Assembly: GCA_951406725.2 (NCBI GenBank)
Contig: OX597815.1
Coordinates: 35,484,001 to 35,546,000 of the forward strand
Source of the DNA: Octopus vulgaris
Taxonomy: Eukaryota
Direction: 5' to 3'
Length of the DNA: 62,000 bases
Shown: one piece after another, positions 1 through 13,625 of the stretch
How the letters are laid out: the number at the start of each line of letters is the position of its first letter
Position numbering within the stretch: position 1 is the stretch's first letter
Notes under the pieces: model-generated
Databases searched by the model: none
Told to the model about the DNA's origin: nothing
What the model saw: the letters and a program-made list of their open reading frames with translations, nothing else
Translations under genes and position numbers: made by a program

Positions 1-478
1 CACAAACACACACACATACACACACACTCACGTACAATCATATATACATATATGCATACATATATATATATATGTAAATAGATATATAAACATACGCACA
101 CGTACATATATGTATATATACGTTTATGTACATGATATATACACACGCAATTACCATATACTTGTATGTATAATATATACATACATGCATGCATGCATGC
201 ATACATACATATATACATACATACATACATACATGCAAGCATACATACATACAAACATGCATACATACATACATAGATACATACATGCAAGCATACATGC
301 ATACATACATACATAATACATACATACAAGCATACATACATACATACACACATGCACACACACATACATACATACATACATACACACACACATACATACA
401 TACACACACATACATACATACATGCATACATACATACATACATACATACATACATACATACATACATACATACATACA

Positions 479-511
<33 letters not shown>

Positions 512-667
512 TTATGAGCTGTTTAAAGTGTGTTGTAAAATTAGATATTTTGATAATGTTAATAATGTTGAAAATAATAACATCAGCAACAACAATGGCA
601 ATAACAACTACAACAACAACATCATAAACAACAACAATAATAAGTATTATTATTATTATTATTATTA

Positions 668-714
<47 letters not shown>

Positions 715-715
715 A
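1..715. repeat. Compound microsatellites (CATA)n/(CA)n, then (AAC)n and (ATT)n
   Basis: Directly visible. Confidence 0.95.
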
Positions 716-2447
716 TGATAAAGGGAAAATGTCTCTAACACTTTTTTCCTTTGATGAATCATCTTTCAATTACGGGTATGAATGGTGTGAGGTAGATGAG
801 CGATTGGGATTTGTTCAAGTTTTGAGTTCAGTACGTCACTTTTCATTGAGACTGATTTTTGCCTTTCATCCTTCTCAAGTTGATAAATTACTGCGTCAAA
901 TTACTTGACTATAGATCTCTCAGACAACAAACAAAGCAGTGTAGCAAGCCAATATACTGTGCCCATGCATTTACTCTTTTTTTCTGAACCTTGTAATGAA
1001 CTAATGGAAATCCAAACCTTAACGTTTGATATCTAAGTAAAGGAACTACTATAGACAATTTTGACAGCACCATGATTTGTTAATCGAAGAGAAGAAAGAA
1101 AAAAAAATACAGATTATGTGAAGCAGTTTTCTAAATGTAAAATTTACGCTGCACTGAACATAACTGCCTGCAAACGTAAAAATCACACATAAAGGTTGAA
1201 CTACAACTGCTTGGAGGTAACCTTAATAATGAATCAACAAACTTATTTCATAGATTTGTTAGTATATGTTATGTTCTACCTAGAAGCATAGCTTATATGT
1301 TTGTTTTGTTTTGTTTTTTCATCCTCTATACTAATTTAAATTCAAAGCAATTCGATGAATTAATTTAAACCTAATGAATGGAAATGTGATCATCCAACGC
1401 TACCTCCCTCGCGGTCTTGGCAGTTAAGTAATAAGCAGAGCAACACACATTTGTCTGTCTGCTTTATCTGCTTTTCTTCTAATCATGCAGCATCTGAAAC
1501 CCCACAGTGATTTTTTTTTTCTCCAGACTATAAAATAGAAGACACTTACAATAAATATCTCATTAAATGAAGAGTAATTCTCTGTCAGGATTGCCCAAAC
1601 TATCCAATGAAGCGATTTTCCTGGGACGACAATATCATTGAAAGAGGTCTCTGACCTCTTTATAGCCAATTCATGTTTTCTTTTTCTTCTTGTTTTCTTT
1701 TTTTTTTGTTATTATTACTTTATTTATTTTTTTCACTTCATTTACAGTGGACTCAAGCCAATGAAAGAGCAGCTATGCGTTCGTTCGACTTACTAGACAA
1801 AGCAGCCGAATTTTCTTCAAAACACATCTTACCACCATTAAGAAGGTATTATGATGAGTTTTAACATAAACGCTGCTTCACTTTTAAGGGAAGCAGTGAA
1901 TCGAACGATCACCCAACACGTTTTTGCTATTATTAATAACCGAGATTGATTTTTGCTTTCTGCCTTTTGGAGTCGATAAGATAAGTACTATTCAAACATT
2001 GGGGTCGATATAATCACAACCCCCAAATTTCAAGCCTTGTGCTTATAACAGAAAGAATCATTAAAATATTGGTTTCAAATTTTAGCATAAGGCCAGCAAT
2101 TTCGGGGGGTGGGGATAGATCGATTACATCAATCCTAGTGTTCAACTGGTACTTCTTTTATCGACCTCTGCAGGATTTGAACTCAGAACGTAAAGACGGA
2201 CGAAATGCTGCCTGACATGCCAAAGATTTTGCCAGATCACCCCTTAAGAATTATTGAAATATTGGTTTCAAATTTTGGCACATGGGCCAGCAAATTCGAG
2301 AGAAGGGGTAAGTCGGTTACATCAACATCAATCTTATAAATATTAACCAAAATGAAGATTGACGTGTTTATTTTTGGACCTGTTGAAGATACACAAGATA
2401 TTGAAATATCGTTCCCTTCATGACAATAGCACTCTTCTTTTTTTTGC

Positions 2448-2489
<42 letters not shown>

Positions 2490-2500
2490 CATCATCATCA

Positions 2501-2540
<40 letters not shown>

Positions 2541-2551
2541 CATCATCATCA

Positions 2552-2593
<42 letters not shown>

Positions 2594-3068
2594 TATGTTT
2601 GACTTTTGCTTTATGTCTGTACAAGTTGGCTCCAAGTCTCACCCAGAGACCTCAAGAGACAACAGGTTGGAAGTTCTGTGCCATATATTTGGGGGTTTTT
2701 TTGTTGTTTTTTTTGGTGTTGTACTAGTGAATGTCTAATACATAAAAATAAAAAATAAAATAAAAAATTAAAATTAAAAATAAAATTAAAAATTAAAAAA
2801 TTTTTTTTTTTAAAGTTTGTTCTAAACCTTGGGATTACATAGAGAGTATTTTGCGTAGGATATGAGCAGTTCCTATGAGCACTATCTTTTGAATTTCTGC
2901 CATTTTGGGGTTTCCTGGTATCAGAGTTAGATAGCAATCAGTCCCTTTCGCTATCATTCCCAGGGCACCTATGACAACAGGTATTGTTTTAGTCTTCAGC
3001 TTCCACATTTTGCTGATTTCTATTTCAAGATCTTTATATTTGCTCAGTTTTTGGTAGGTCTTGACAGA

Positions 3069-3070
<2 letters not shown>
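2594..3070 (-). mobile_element. 5'-truncated R4/Dong-clade LINE 3' end in an (ATT)n array
   Basis: Minus strand 3068-2835 reads SVKTYQKLSKYKDLEIEISKMWKLKTKTIPVVIGALG...AEIQKIVLIGTAHILRKILSM*, a restriction-like endonuclease C-terminus, followed by a 3' UTR; (ATT)n on both flanks. Confidence 0.8.
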
Positions 3071-3132
<62 letters not shown>

Positions 3133-3692
3133 GAGTGAGAGAGCAGTTCATGCCATCAAAGTGACACTGGGGTAAAATATACGAAGCCCAGTATACCCAT
3201 CATGACTACCCGTCTGATAAGGGTACACCAGGCACATGCATCACAACCATATGTGCGCGACATGGTGATCTCATATCAAGATAAACAGCACATGACCTAG
3301 CAGGTGGGGCCCAGTTAGAATTTTCTTCTGGTCGAGTAACCCACCACGCTCAAAAGGTCCCTGAATAAGGGTTGTTTAAGGATGTTGAATGAAACACCCA
3401 TGTTTCCATAGGTGAGTTATTCAAACCCCGAAGAATCCCTCTCAACACATGGCTATGATGCTCCCCTACTACTTCTGCTCGTGATCAGAGTTGCACATAT
3501 CGTCAGCCACTAAGGGACATGCTCAACTGGTTACGGTCAAACAACTGACAAGCAAATCTGTGATATTGAGCAGAATATTTGCTGTAGCCCATCTTTTATA
3601 CCAAGACAAAACAATGTACATGATAACACTTCCAATCAGTTAAGATCAGAAGCCACGAGAGCCACTGCCTGGTACTGCATCAGAGCATTTAT
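3133..3692 (-). mobile_element. ~560-bp non-coding interspersed repeat flanked by (ATT)n
   Basis: A second partial copy is at ~25675-25900 (shared ccatcaaagtga.actggggtaaaatat...catcatgactacccgtct...); bounded by (ATT)n. Confidence 0.7.
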
Positions 3693-3705
3693 ACTGCATT
3701 ATTAC

Positions 3706-3773
<68 letters not shown>

Positions 3774-4175
3774 GGTGGCGAGCTGGCAGAAACGTTAGCA
3801 CGCCGGGCGAAATGCTAAGCGGTATTTCGTCTGCCGTTACGTTCTGAGTTCAAATTCCGCCGAGGTCGTCTTTGCCTTTCATCCTTTCGGGGGTCGATAA
3901 ATTAAGTACCAGTTACGCACTGAGGTCTATATATTCGACTTAATCCGTTTGTCTGTCTTTGTTTGTCCTCTCTGCGTTTAGCCCCTTGTGGGTAGTAAAG
4001 AAATAGGTATTTCGCCCCCGTCGCTACATTCTGAATTCAAATTCCGCCGAAGTCGACTTTGCCTTTCATCCTTTCAGGTTCTATAAATTAAGTACCAGTG
4101 GAACACTGGGGTCGATTTAATTGACACATCCCCTCCCCCAAAATTGCTATCCTTGTGGCAAAATTTGAAACCATC
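3774..4175 (+). mobile_element. tRNA-headed SINE with duplicated body
   Basis: A box TGGCGAGCTGG, B box GAGTTCAAATTCC, conserved core gcctttcatcctttcggggtcgataaattaagtacc; the body restarts after ...aaagaaataggtatttcg. Confidence 0.8.
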
Positions 4176-4378
4176 ATTATTATTATTATTATTATTATTA
4201 TTACATAATATTTTGTCTATAAACTCAGTCTTGTGGACAATAGAGGGTTTCCGCAGGTTCACTACATTTACGGTAGCTAGACTGACAAAGAACTGATTCT
4301 GCAACTTGGGCAGAACAGATATCACAAGGGATTTCTTTTAAAAGTACCAATTTCTCACTTTTGTTTCCATTGTTTACA

Positions 4379-4561
4379 GTATGTATGTATGTATGTATGT
4401 ATGTATGTATGTATGTATGTATGTATGTATGTATGTATGTATGTATGTATGTATGTATGTATGTATGTATGTATGTATGTATGTATGTATGTACGTATGT
4501 ATGTATGTATGTATGTATGTATGTATGTATGTATGCAGGTATGTACATATGTATGAATGTA

Positions 4562-4642
<81 letters not shown>
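4379..4642. repeat. (ATGT)n and (AT)n microsatellites
   Basis: Directly visible. Confidence 0.95.
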
Positions 4643-4647
<5 letters not shown>

Positions 4648-5318
4648 TATATAGAGAGATATACATATTATATAATATATATTACAAAACCTTAATTTTG
4701 AATTAAATAAGAATGTAAATATATTCTTTCTATGCTGTTAATGTTCGGAAAAAAGAGAGATGTTTGGACTGTTTCATTGTTTGTTTTCTTCTCTTTACAC
4801 CAGAAGTGCACAGGTTCTTTTCCACTAACCAACAGTACATATCAACTGATATATAAAACAATCATAAACTAAGCCAACTCGTAAGAGGGTAGCAGGTGGT
4901 TTCTCATTAATTAAATGATATCTATCTATTTTCGTGTGTAACACAGAAGGATTGAAAAGAAGTTAAAGATTGTAAAGTCCCGTTGTGTATTAAATAAAAA
5001 TGCAAACTCGTTTTTCTATACTATTGATTGTAGAAAAAGAAGGAGAGAGTCTCTAGACCATTTCTCTAGACCATTTCACGTTTGTGAAGCTCGTCAGAGA
5101 AGTGATACTCAGCTTTTTGCCTTAATCAAAAGCATATCTTGATATAAAGCTGCTATAAATTAGACCGGCACATTAGTAACATCATCCATCGTGGGACTCC
5201 CTCTCACTTTTTTCTGTACATCAATAGCATAGGTAAATGTGCTTACATTCTTATTTAACTCACAGTGAGGATTTATAATATCTAAATTTATTTCAGTTCT
5301 TCTGTGCATAAAGTAAGC

Positions 5319-5368
<50 letters not shown>

Positions 5369-5490
5369 CGCGATCACCGTGACCGACCAGGCTATCAGAT
5401 GTTGCTACACATCGCTGGTCACAATGCGCTTCGCATTGTTTTAACCTTCAAATTACGCCACTCCGCTGGCTAAGCAAGCAGGCCAATATA

Positions 5491-5526
<36 letters not shown>

Positions 5527-5950
5527 TGTATGTATGTATGTATGTATATATATACATATATATATATGTGTGTATGTGTGTGTGTGTGTGTATATATATA
5601 TATACACACGTACGTATGCATAAATATTATAGAAGTATATACACATACATATATATACATACATAAACATACATATACACACATATATGTATATGTATGT
5701 CTACATAAATATACACAGTAACACCTACATATTACATACACACACAGACATACATGCATGCATATATATACATAGATATATACATGCATACATACATACT
5801 TACATACATACATATACACACATACATGCACACGGACAGATATATAAGAGTGTGGTAAAAGACATCTAGCAAAGGAATCGCAGTGAGATCGAACTCCAAC
5901 CAGTGGGCTGTGTGACAAACTCCTTGACTCTACAACCATGCCAAGGTACA

Positions 5951-6382
5951 AGGTGGCGAGCCGGCAGAAACGTTAGCACGCCGGGCGAAATGTTTAGAAG
6001 GTGGCGAGCCGGCAGAAACGTTAGCACGCCGGGCGAAATGTTTAGAAGGTGGCGAGCCGGCAGAAACGTTAGCACGTCGGGCGAAATGTTTAGAAGGTGG
6101 CGAGCCTGCAGAAACGTTAGCACGCCGGGCGAAATGTTTCGAAGGTGGCGAGCCGGCAGAAACGTTAGCACGCCGGGCGAAATGTTTAGAAGGTGGCGAG
6201 CCGGCAGAAACGTTAGCACGCCGGGCGAAATGTTTAGAAGGTGGCGAGCCGGCAGAAACGTTAGCGCGCCGGGCGAAATGTTTCGAAGGTGGCGAGCCGG
6301 CAGAAACGTTAGCACGCCGGGCGAAATGTTTAGAACGTGGCGAGCCGGCAGAAACGTTAGCACACCGGGCGAAATGTTTAGC
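5951..6382 (+). repeat. Tandem array of 9 x 48-bp SINE head units
   Basis: Unit aaggtggcgagccggcagaaacgttagcacgccgggcgaaatgtttag, seen in the ORF track as nine RWRAGRNVSTPGEMFR repeats; it matches the 5' end of the SINEs at 3774 and 44807. Confidence 0.92.
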
Positions 6383-6745
6383 GGTATTTCGTCTGCGTTA
6401 CGTTGAGTTCAAATTCCGCCGAGGTCGACTTTGCCTTTCATCCTTTCGAGGTCGATAAATTAAGTACTAGTTACGCACTGGGGTCGATGTAATCGACTTA
6501 ATACCTATGTCTGTCCTTGTTTGTCCCCTCTGTGTTTAGCCCCTTGTGGGTAATAAAGAAATGGGTATTTCGTCTGTCTTTACGTTGAGTTCAAATTCCG
6601 CCGAGGTCGACTTTACCTTTCATCCTTTCGGGATCGATTAAATAAGTACCAGTTACGCACTGGGGCCGATGTAATCGACTTAATACCTATGTCTGTCCTT
6701 GTTTGTCCCCTCTATGTTTAGCCCCTTGTGGGTAATAAAGAAATA
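6383..6745 (+). mobile_element. SINE body, two tandem copies following the head array
   Basis: Two copies of gtatttcgtctg...gagttcaaattccgccgaggtcgac...gccccttgtgggtaataaagaaat. Confidence 0.85.
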
Positions 6746-7599
6746 GGTATATGTATAATTGAGTGTAATTCGTTTTATCGTCTCGCTAAACAATGGAAAG
6801 TAAAGGAACTTGACAGGATTTGAACTCAGAAACTAAATGGATGTAACTAAGTACTACCGGTCCACCGACTTTACGTCACCACTGCCTTTCTATTGATTTT
6901 ACCGCACTCGTAATAATGGTGATGATAATGAGTGTCCTTAACATAAACACAAGACCTCACATTTTGAGCGATGCGATTTAGTTGTTTATATCTATCCCAG
7001 TAAATGGCTAGTACTTCATCTATTCAACTCCGGAAACATAAACAGAAAAGCTGACCTCAGCATGATTTGAACGGAGAATGTGAGGAGCCTATAAAAATAC
7101 TGCAAGTCACTTTATCCGGCTCTGTAACGATTTAGCCAAAAGAACAAAGGCAACGATAACATTATATTAATATTGCCACACACATATACAAGAATTATGA
7201 AGCAAATCTGAATCATTTCTCGCTTTTATGTTTTTACCGCCCCCTTTATTTTTTTCACGCTTGCCCCATAACCCACTGCAATAATTCATGTGGGGGGTGT
7301 TTTTTATGCTTTTCCAGAGGTTTTCGATGAATTCTTTGCAAACAGATTATTATTTTTTCCTTCCTTTCTTTCGTGTAATTAGTCAATAGACATGTGGGTT
7401 GTTGTCTGGAATCGGTCGTGCTGCAAAGAAAATCGATTTGAGTCAGAGAAATGACGTCATTGCAAGAACGCTCGATCAATGAAAAGTCTGCTGGCTATGG
7501 CAGTACATATAGACTAGACAACACTGAGAATTTTTTTTTTCCGTATTAAATACTAGTCCTGTTTATATATATTCATATTATGGTTTGTATGTTTTAGTA

Positions 7600-7675
7600 C
7601 ATGCTTGTGTGTGTGTGTGTGTGAATGTGTATGTATATATAGAAAACATATAAATATATACATATATACGTGTGT

Positions 7676-7717
<42 letters not shown>

Positions 7718-7824
7718 TGCTTGTATGTACTATGTACGTATGTATGTAGACAGACAGACAGACAAACAGACGGATGGATAGATGGATGGATGGATGGATG
7801 GATGGATGGATGGATGGATGGATG

Positions 7825-7891
<67 letters not shown>

Positions 7892-7921
7892 CGATAGATG
7901 GATGGATGGATAGATGGATGG

Positions 7922-7952
<31 letters not shown>

Positions 7953-8045
7953 GATAGATAAATAAATATTCATTATACATGGTGTGAGCGTGGGTGTACA
8001 TGTGTATGTATGTGTGTGTGAGTATTTGTGTTTGCGTGTGTGTGT

Positions 8046-8102
<57 letters not shown>
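7600..8102. repeat. Compound (GT)n/(AGAC)n/(ATGG)n/(ATAG)n/(CT)n microsatellite
   Basis: Directly visible. Confidence 0.95.
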
Positions 8103-8105
<3 letters not shown>

Positions 8106-8351
8106 GATATTAGATGCTAGATACTTCTGCCTGCAGGTATGGCTATTTAGAAGTTCGCGTTGTACCTTGGTCAAGTGTCGTCTATAGCATCAGGTTGATT
8201 AATACCGTTCGAGTAGGATTTGATAAATGGAAACAGTACAAGAGTTTGGCATATATGTTCATGTATACATACTTAAAATCATTATAAACTTAAACTCATT
8301 CATGGTGCCCCAGCATGGCCACAGCTCATAAGCTGAAACTGGAATCAATCA

Positions 8352-8414
<63 letters not shown>

Positions 8415-8662
8415 GTATCTATGCATGTAGTGTGTGTGTATATATTTATGCATGCAAATATATATGTGTATGTATGTATATATATTTATATTTATATATA
8501 TATATATATATATGCTTAATACATATATGATTACATATACATGTGCATACACAAATTTGCAACACTTCTTATATGCATATGTATACTGGGTATGTATAAA
8601 AGCAGGCCATTACATGCTTGCACACACTTATATATATGAGTGTGTGTGTGTGTGTGTGTGTA

Positions 8663-8732
<70 letters not shown>

Positions 8733-9354
8733 TGTGTGTGTGAACTAGCTAACACTCTCGCAAACGCATTTATTGAGGGAAACGTCAATGTACTTAACAC
8801 CTCCGGGTATCAAAATGGTACCGATCGGGTGACGGGTAGTGACACAAAGCACACTCTCTTTACGTGGTAAACAATCCACACCAATACACGTACACATATC
8901 TCGCCAAAACTCTTCTCTTGGCATGACTTGCTCCTCTCCACACCTAGCTACTACCACTACTACTACTACAGCCAATAGACAAAAAATTCTTTAACAACTT
9001 TCTTTTCGGATCACCTACCAATTTTCATCACAAAACACTCGTACACGAATGAACAGAGCAAAACAAAAATGTACAGTACAATGAGTTCCACCAAGAAATG
9101 AAATCCAAGAAATGGAATCTACAAAATAATTCTTGATGCATTTAAAATGAGGCAACATCAATAATTACACACCAGAAATAGGTCTCATTAAAACCAGAAA
9201 GAACCCCAAACACGACACAACAAAACTACACTATACCAAAAGTCAGCCTCGAATTAAACAAGGAAATAAAATATAATAATTATTGGCTAAACTGGCAATA
9301 TAATAAATCATAGCAAAATAGAAAACTGGCTAACACTTGTATCCAATATATACC

Positions 9355-9495
9355 TATTTCTTTACTACCCACAAGGGGCTAAACACAGAGGGGACAAACA
9401 AGGACAGACAAACGGATTAAGTCGATTACATCGACCCCAGTGCGTAACTGGTACTTAATTTATCGACCCCGAAAGGCAAAGTCGGCCTCGGCGGT
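9355..9495 (-). mobile_element. Partial copy of the same SINE family
   Basis: Reverse complement of the SINE 3' half (ctatttctttactacccacaagggg...tcgaccccgaaaggcaaagtcg). Confidence 0.75.
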
Positions 9496-9889
9496 TTTCT
9501 TTTTTGGGAAGAGAAAAAAAAAGGAAAAAAGAAAGAAAAAGGTGCGATAGGTTTTCGATCAAAAGGGATCGTAAAAGGGAAAGAAGAAAAACACAAAAAA
9601 ACGATCAATAGGGATCGTGTATCACAGTGTCATGATATAAAATGTAAAGGGGGAAGCAGATAAGATTTATCCGGGAGAAGAAAAGCCTACGGAAAAGACC
9701 ACGGTAACCTCCGTCAATAATGTTACATGTTACCACATTTGTTTGCAAGTAGGTAACCTGCTGTTTTAAATTTACTCAAGGTGGCTTCGTCATTCATACG
9801 TGCCAGATAGATATAGATATAGATATATGCCGCATCCACCTTGGTTATAAATTTCATCTGATACCTCATGAACCAGTAAGGAAATTTTA

Positions 9890-11010
9890 AAACTCCCAAA
9901 TACTCAGGGCCAGACGAAATCACAAACATACACCTAAAACTTCTCGACCTAGCATTTTTTACATTTACAGAATCAAGAAGCTGGACAAAACTGAGACTTC
10001 TAAACGTAACAAAATCCCTCTTGAAGTTACTTTTGGAGATCCATCATCTTGTACACACCCTCAAAACCTCTAGATAAATTCATTCCTAACATCTGTAACT
10101 ACTTCGTGTTATGATTTAATTCAGCGTCAAATCACAACTAGAATCGATCACCACACTATTTACATATGTGACGGAAAATATACGATGGATTCGCTAACAC
10201 TTCTTACACGTGTCATTCTATCATCAACTCAGCAGTAAAGCTTTCGACTCTGTTTCCCGCTCTCCGCTCATACAAACAAAAATACTCAGCACCACCTTAG
10301 GAAATAACATACAACTCTATCAAGCAATTTCTTAGGCTGCCAAACCTATTCAGTGTACCAAACTTCAGAACCTGTAAATAGTGTATCAAGGGGATCTGTC
10401 CGTTCACTCACAATTTTCACTTTATGCTTACACCACCGCAAAACATACGTACAGCCTCTCGTAGACAAATGATATCACACATTTTCCCACCATTTTTCAA
10501 ACACTGCTCTACAACCACTCCGAGTCTATTTAGATCACTCAGAAACTTGATTCCTCGACAGATTCAAATTAGGGCATAAATTAAATCAAATACAACCAAC
10601 TACCTCACTCGACAGTGTACATATACCGAGCGCGCGCAAGACACACACAGAAGACAAAAATATTAGGAATTACATACAAGTCCTCCACAACATTTGCAAC
10701 GCATAGAAGACATAATAAAAAACGCAAGACTATGCACAAGCAGTAAAGGTGTCATTTCATAACAGAAAGACGCAACAACAATGGTGTACAAGCAACATAT
10801 TAAATCACGGACTGTGTCAGGCCTGCCTGGGCCCCAATTTTCTTTACAACAAAGCACAACAAACTCAAAGAGGACAAACAGTGTACTACACGTCACAAAA
10901 CAGTGCACCAAACCTCCTGGCCACTTACACAACAAAAACAAAATGCTAAAAATAATAGACCTCCTCGACTGGTACAGTTTGCTGTAGCTCAACCAGCCAA
11001 TCACTACCAC
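9890..11010 (+). mobile_element. Highly decayed LINE reverse transcriptase remnant
   Basis: Frameshifted motifs: GPDEITNIHLK, SSKAFDSVS and a GVxQGS-like segment near 10380. Confidence 0.45.
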
Positions 11011-11063
11011 TACATTAAATGCCTTCCAAACATAAAGATACATATATAAAAAAATCTTTCTAA

Positions 11064-11215
11064 AAGCATAATGAACACATACAAGCATAATGAACACATA
11101 TAAGCATAATGAACATATACAAGCATAATGAACATATACAAGCATAATGAACATATACAAGCATAATGAACATATACAAGCATAATGAACATATACAAGC
11201 ATAATGAACACATAC
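11064..11215. repeat. 19-bp minisatellite, 8 copies
   Basis: Unit aagcataatgaaca(c/t)ata(c/t), counted directly. Confidence 0.92.
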
Positions 11216-12699
11216 ACACAGAAACAGGCAACATCAGCAGCTTCACTGACCTTGCTACGTTGTAATATACAATGCACACTACTAGCTATAAGTACAGAGT
11301 AGCAATAACTACCTCGTTCACCTCCACTGAGGCTACCACAATAATTTTGTGTGAAAAGGAATAGACTAAACATTGAAGAGAATGCAATATGTTCACACTG
11401 ACACGCTGCACTTCATGCTATTCTTCAATGCATGTAGACGAGCGTAGTGTGATCCTTATAAGAAGACATGGTATCACTAAGAAAATTGATTTGTGAGTCG
11501 CACTTCGACCGACAACCTGTATTCCATAAAACTGCTTGAGTAGGACTGACCTAAGGGAACACATCAACATCAGCTGCCAGCAGGGGCTCACTCTTATTCA
11601 ACAATACCAGAATGTTTCCTCTAACAAAAAACAAACTTTGCATCCATCGACTCAACCAGATTGAAGGTATTTTCCAATATTTATTTAGAAAGGTAGATTG
11701 AAAGAATCGGTAAAGCGCAAGAAAATGACATGCATGCTCTCACATCAAACTAATTCACAACACAAGATTTTCACAAACTCTTTTTCTGTATTTAAAAAAA
11801 AAATGTGTCAACTTATGTTACAGGCTTAAGTCTACAAGACAAAAACATGTCTTTAGTTGTCCCTTGCCTGCAAAGATCACACATTTTCCTGAGCATGTAA
11901 ATAAACTTTGACTTATTAATTCTTAATCTTTTTTAAAATTATCTCTCTTTTTCTTTAGAAGTCACTAAAATTGTCACTAGGCCTTTGTTTTCTTTCTCCA
12001 GCTAAAAAGGAAATTTCAGTCAACTAAGAATGTCTTGCATCCAGTGCTTAATGTATGACTCTTTAATTTATTTATACAAATTCACACCATTGACTCATTT
12101 GAATTATTTCCCTTATCTCATTCTATTGTTGTTTTTTTTATTGTCTTATTGCTTTTACACTTTCCTGTGCTCTGCTTTGCATGAAGCCTTCAAACATGGT
12201 AAAATATCAATAATTTAATCTTCATTAAAGAACTGTTGTGTATAGTGTAATTTTGTTTCATGTTAAATTTTTTAGTTACCGCTTATATAATTACTATAAT
12301 TTAGTTACCCTTTCAATGCCGCGTCTCTGGTACCTAAGACGACAATTAATATAATGTCAAACGCTACCTAGCCTATGGTATGCCTGCACTTAATTATATC
12401 AGTTGTAGCATTTGATGGGTGATCATAGATGAAAGACTGCTTTATTTCAGAGAAATTATTTGGCACAGTCCCAAATTCAACGTTTTCCGCCCATTTGCTC
12501 ATAAATGACCGTCTCTGGTCGATGAAAGCATATAATCCTTACCTTTTGAGCTTGATTAAGGCAACCCACCTCACATCACCTTGCTGCACGCCGTGCTCTC
12601 CTCGAAACCTTTCGTAGTTCAGGTTTCAATTTCATTACTGTATGCTGACCACCTTTAGCTAAGCAGATAACTTACACTATTGTTTTAAGTGTGTTTATC

Positions 12700-13625
12700 C
12701 ACATCTTTCAAACCCCTTAAATAAAACCCTCAACTCTTAACTTCGAGTGATGAACCCTATATACAGCACGTGGAGGGAATCTCTCTCTATCAGAAAACTG
12801 GAAGGTGTTTATCTATCCCTGCAACACCTACGAGACAACCATCGGTTGAATTAACTGATACATTTGTACATCGTATGACCTACAAACCGATCCCTTGTCT
12901 AGAGAATCTCTACCAACCTTACAACATCCTTCTACTCGCCATCTATTTCTTATCCCTTGGATCGGTAGCCTATTTCTTATCTCTTGGATCAGATCGCACC
13001 GCTTCAGCATATGTTGACGGAGTTCATTCTGTTTCATTTTCAATCAACTCTTGTGTTCGATAGACTTCGGTGCTGTCCCTGACTCTCTTTCTTCGATGCA
13101 TTAATGACCTACTTTCCACCAAATCCGACAACACCGTTTATGCAAATGTCAGGATCCTTCATTCTTAACCATGCATTATTTACATGCAACCTAAATATCA
13201 CACGCCAGATCTGTATTGATTCCATAAACGGAGCAATCTCCTACGGAGTCATGCGTACTTTATCTCTTAACTTCCAAACAAGCTCAAGCACTACTTATAT
13301 TAAGAAAACACCTCATCCCTTCGACTCGACCCTTCACATTTGCTCCAAATGCTGGGTTTCACTATTACCGAGGATTTCTCTTGACGAAAGCACAACTTTA
13401 GCATAGCTAGGACCGCATCCCAGAAAATATAACCAGAATACATTTCAGTCACCAACAGCTGCCGACACTACAAGGCACAATTGAGACCTACATTGAGTTC
13501 TGCGTTTACATCTGGGGTGGTGCTACTGGCACGCACACTGACTTTCTGGATTGTTATTGGAGAAGAGCCATTCGGCTGATTGACATTCCATCACCAACGG
13601 GCACACTCCAGTTTCTGGTTAACAG
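12700..13625 (+). mobile_element. Decayed Jockey/CR1-like LINE RT and C-terminal remnant
   Basis: Fragments read SAYVDGVHSVSFSINS..SVLSLTLFLRCINDLL..VYANV (degenerate QGSVLSPTLF/YADD) and YKAQLRPT.EFC.YIWGG..RRAIRLI. Confidence 0.55.

Noticed and set aside
1673-1864. Apparent terminal exon WTQANERAAMRSFDLLDKAAEF...
   Set aside because: It resembles an interspersed repeat also seen at ~14620-14670 and ~41240-41310, and I recognise no protein homology.
5050-5105. Hammerhead-like CTGACGA...GAAA..GTC on the minus strand
   Set aside because: Helix III is too short and helix I is out of register.
5951-6382. CRISPR-like array or repetitive protein ORF
   Set aside because: The units are contiguous with no unique spacers, there are no cas genes, the context is eukaryotic, and the unit matches the SINE head. 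The ORFs arise because 48 is a multiple of 3.
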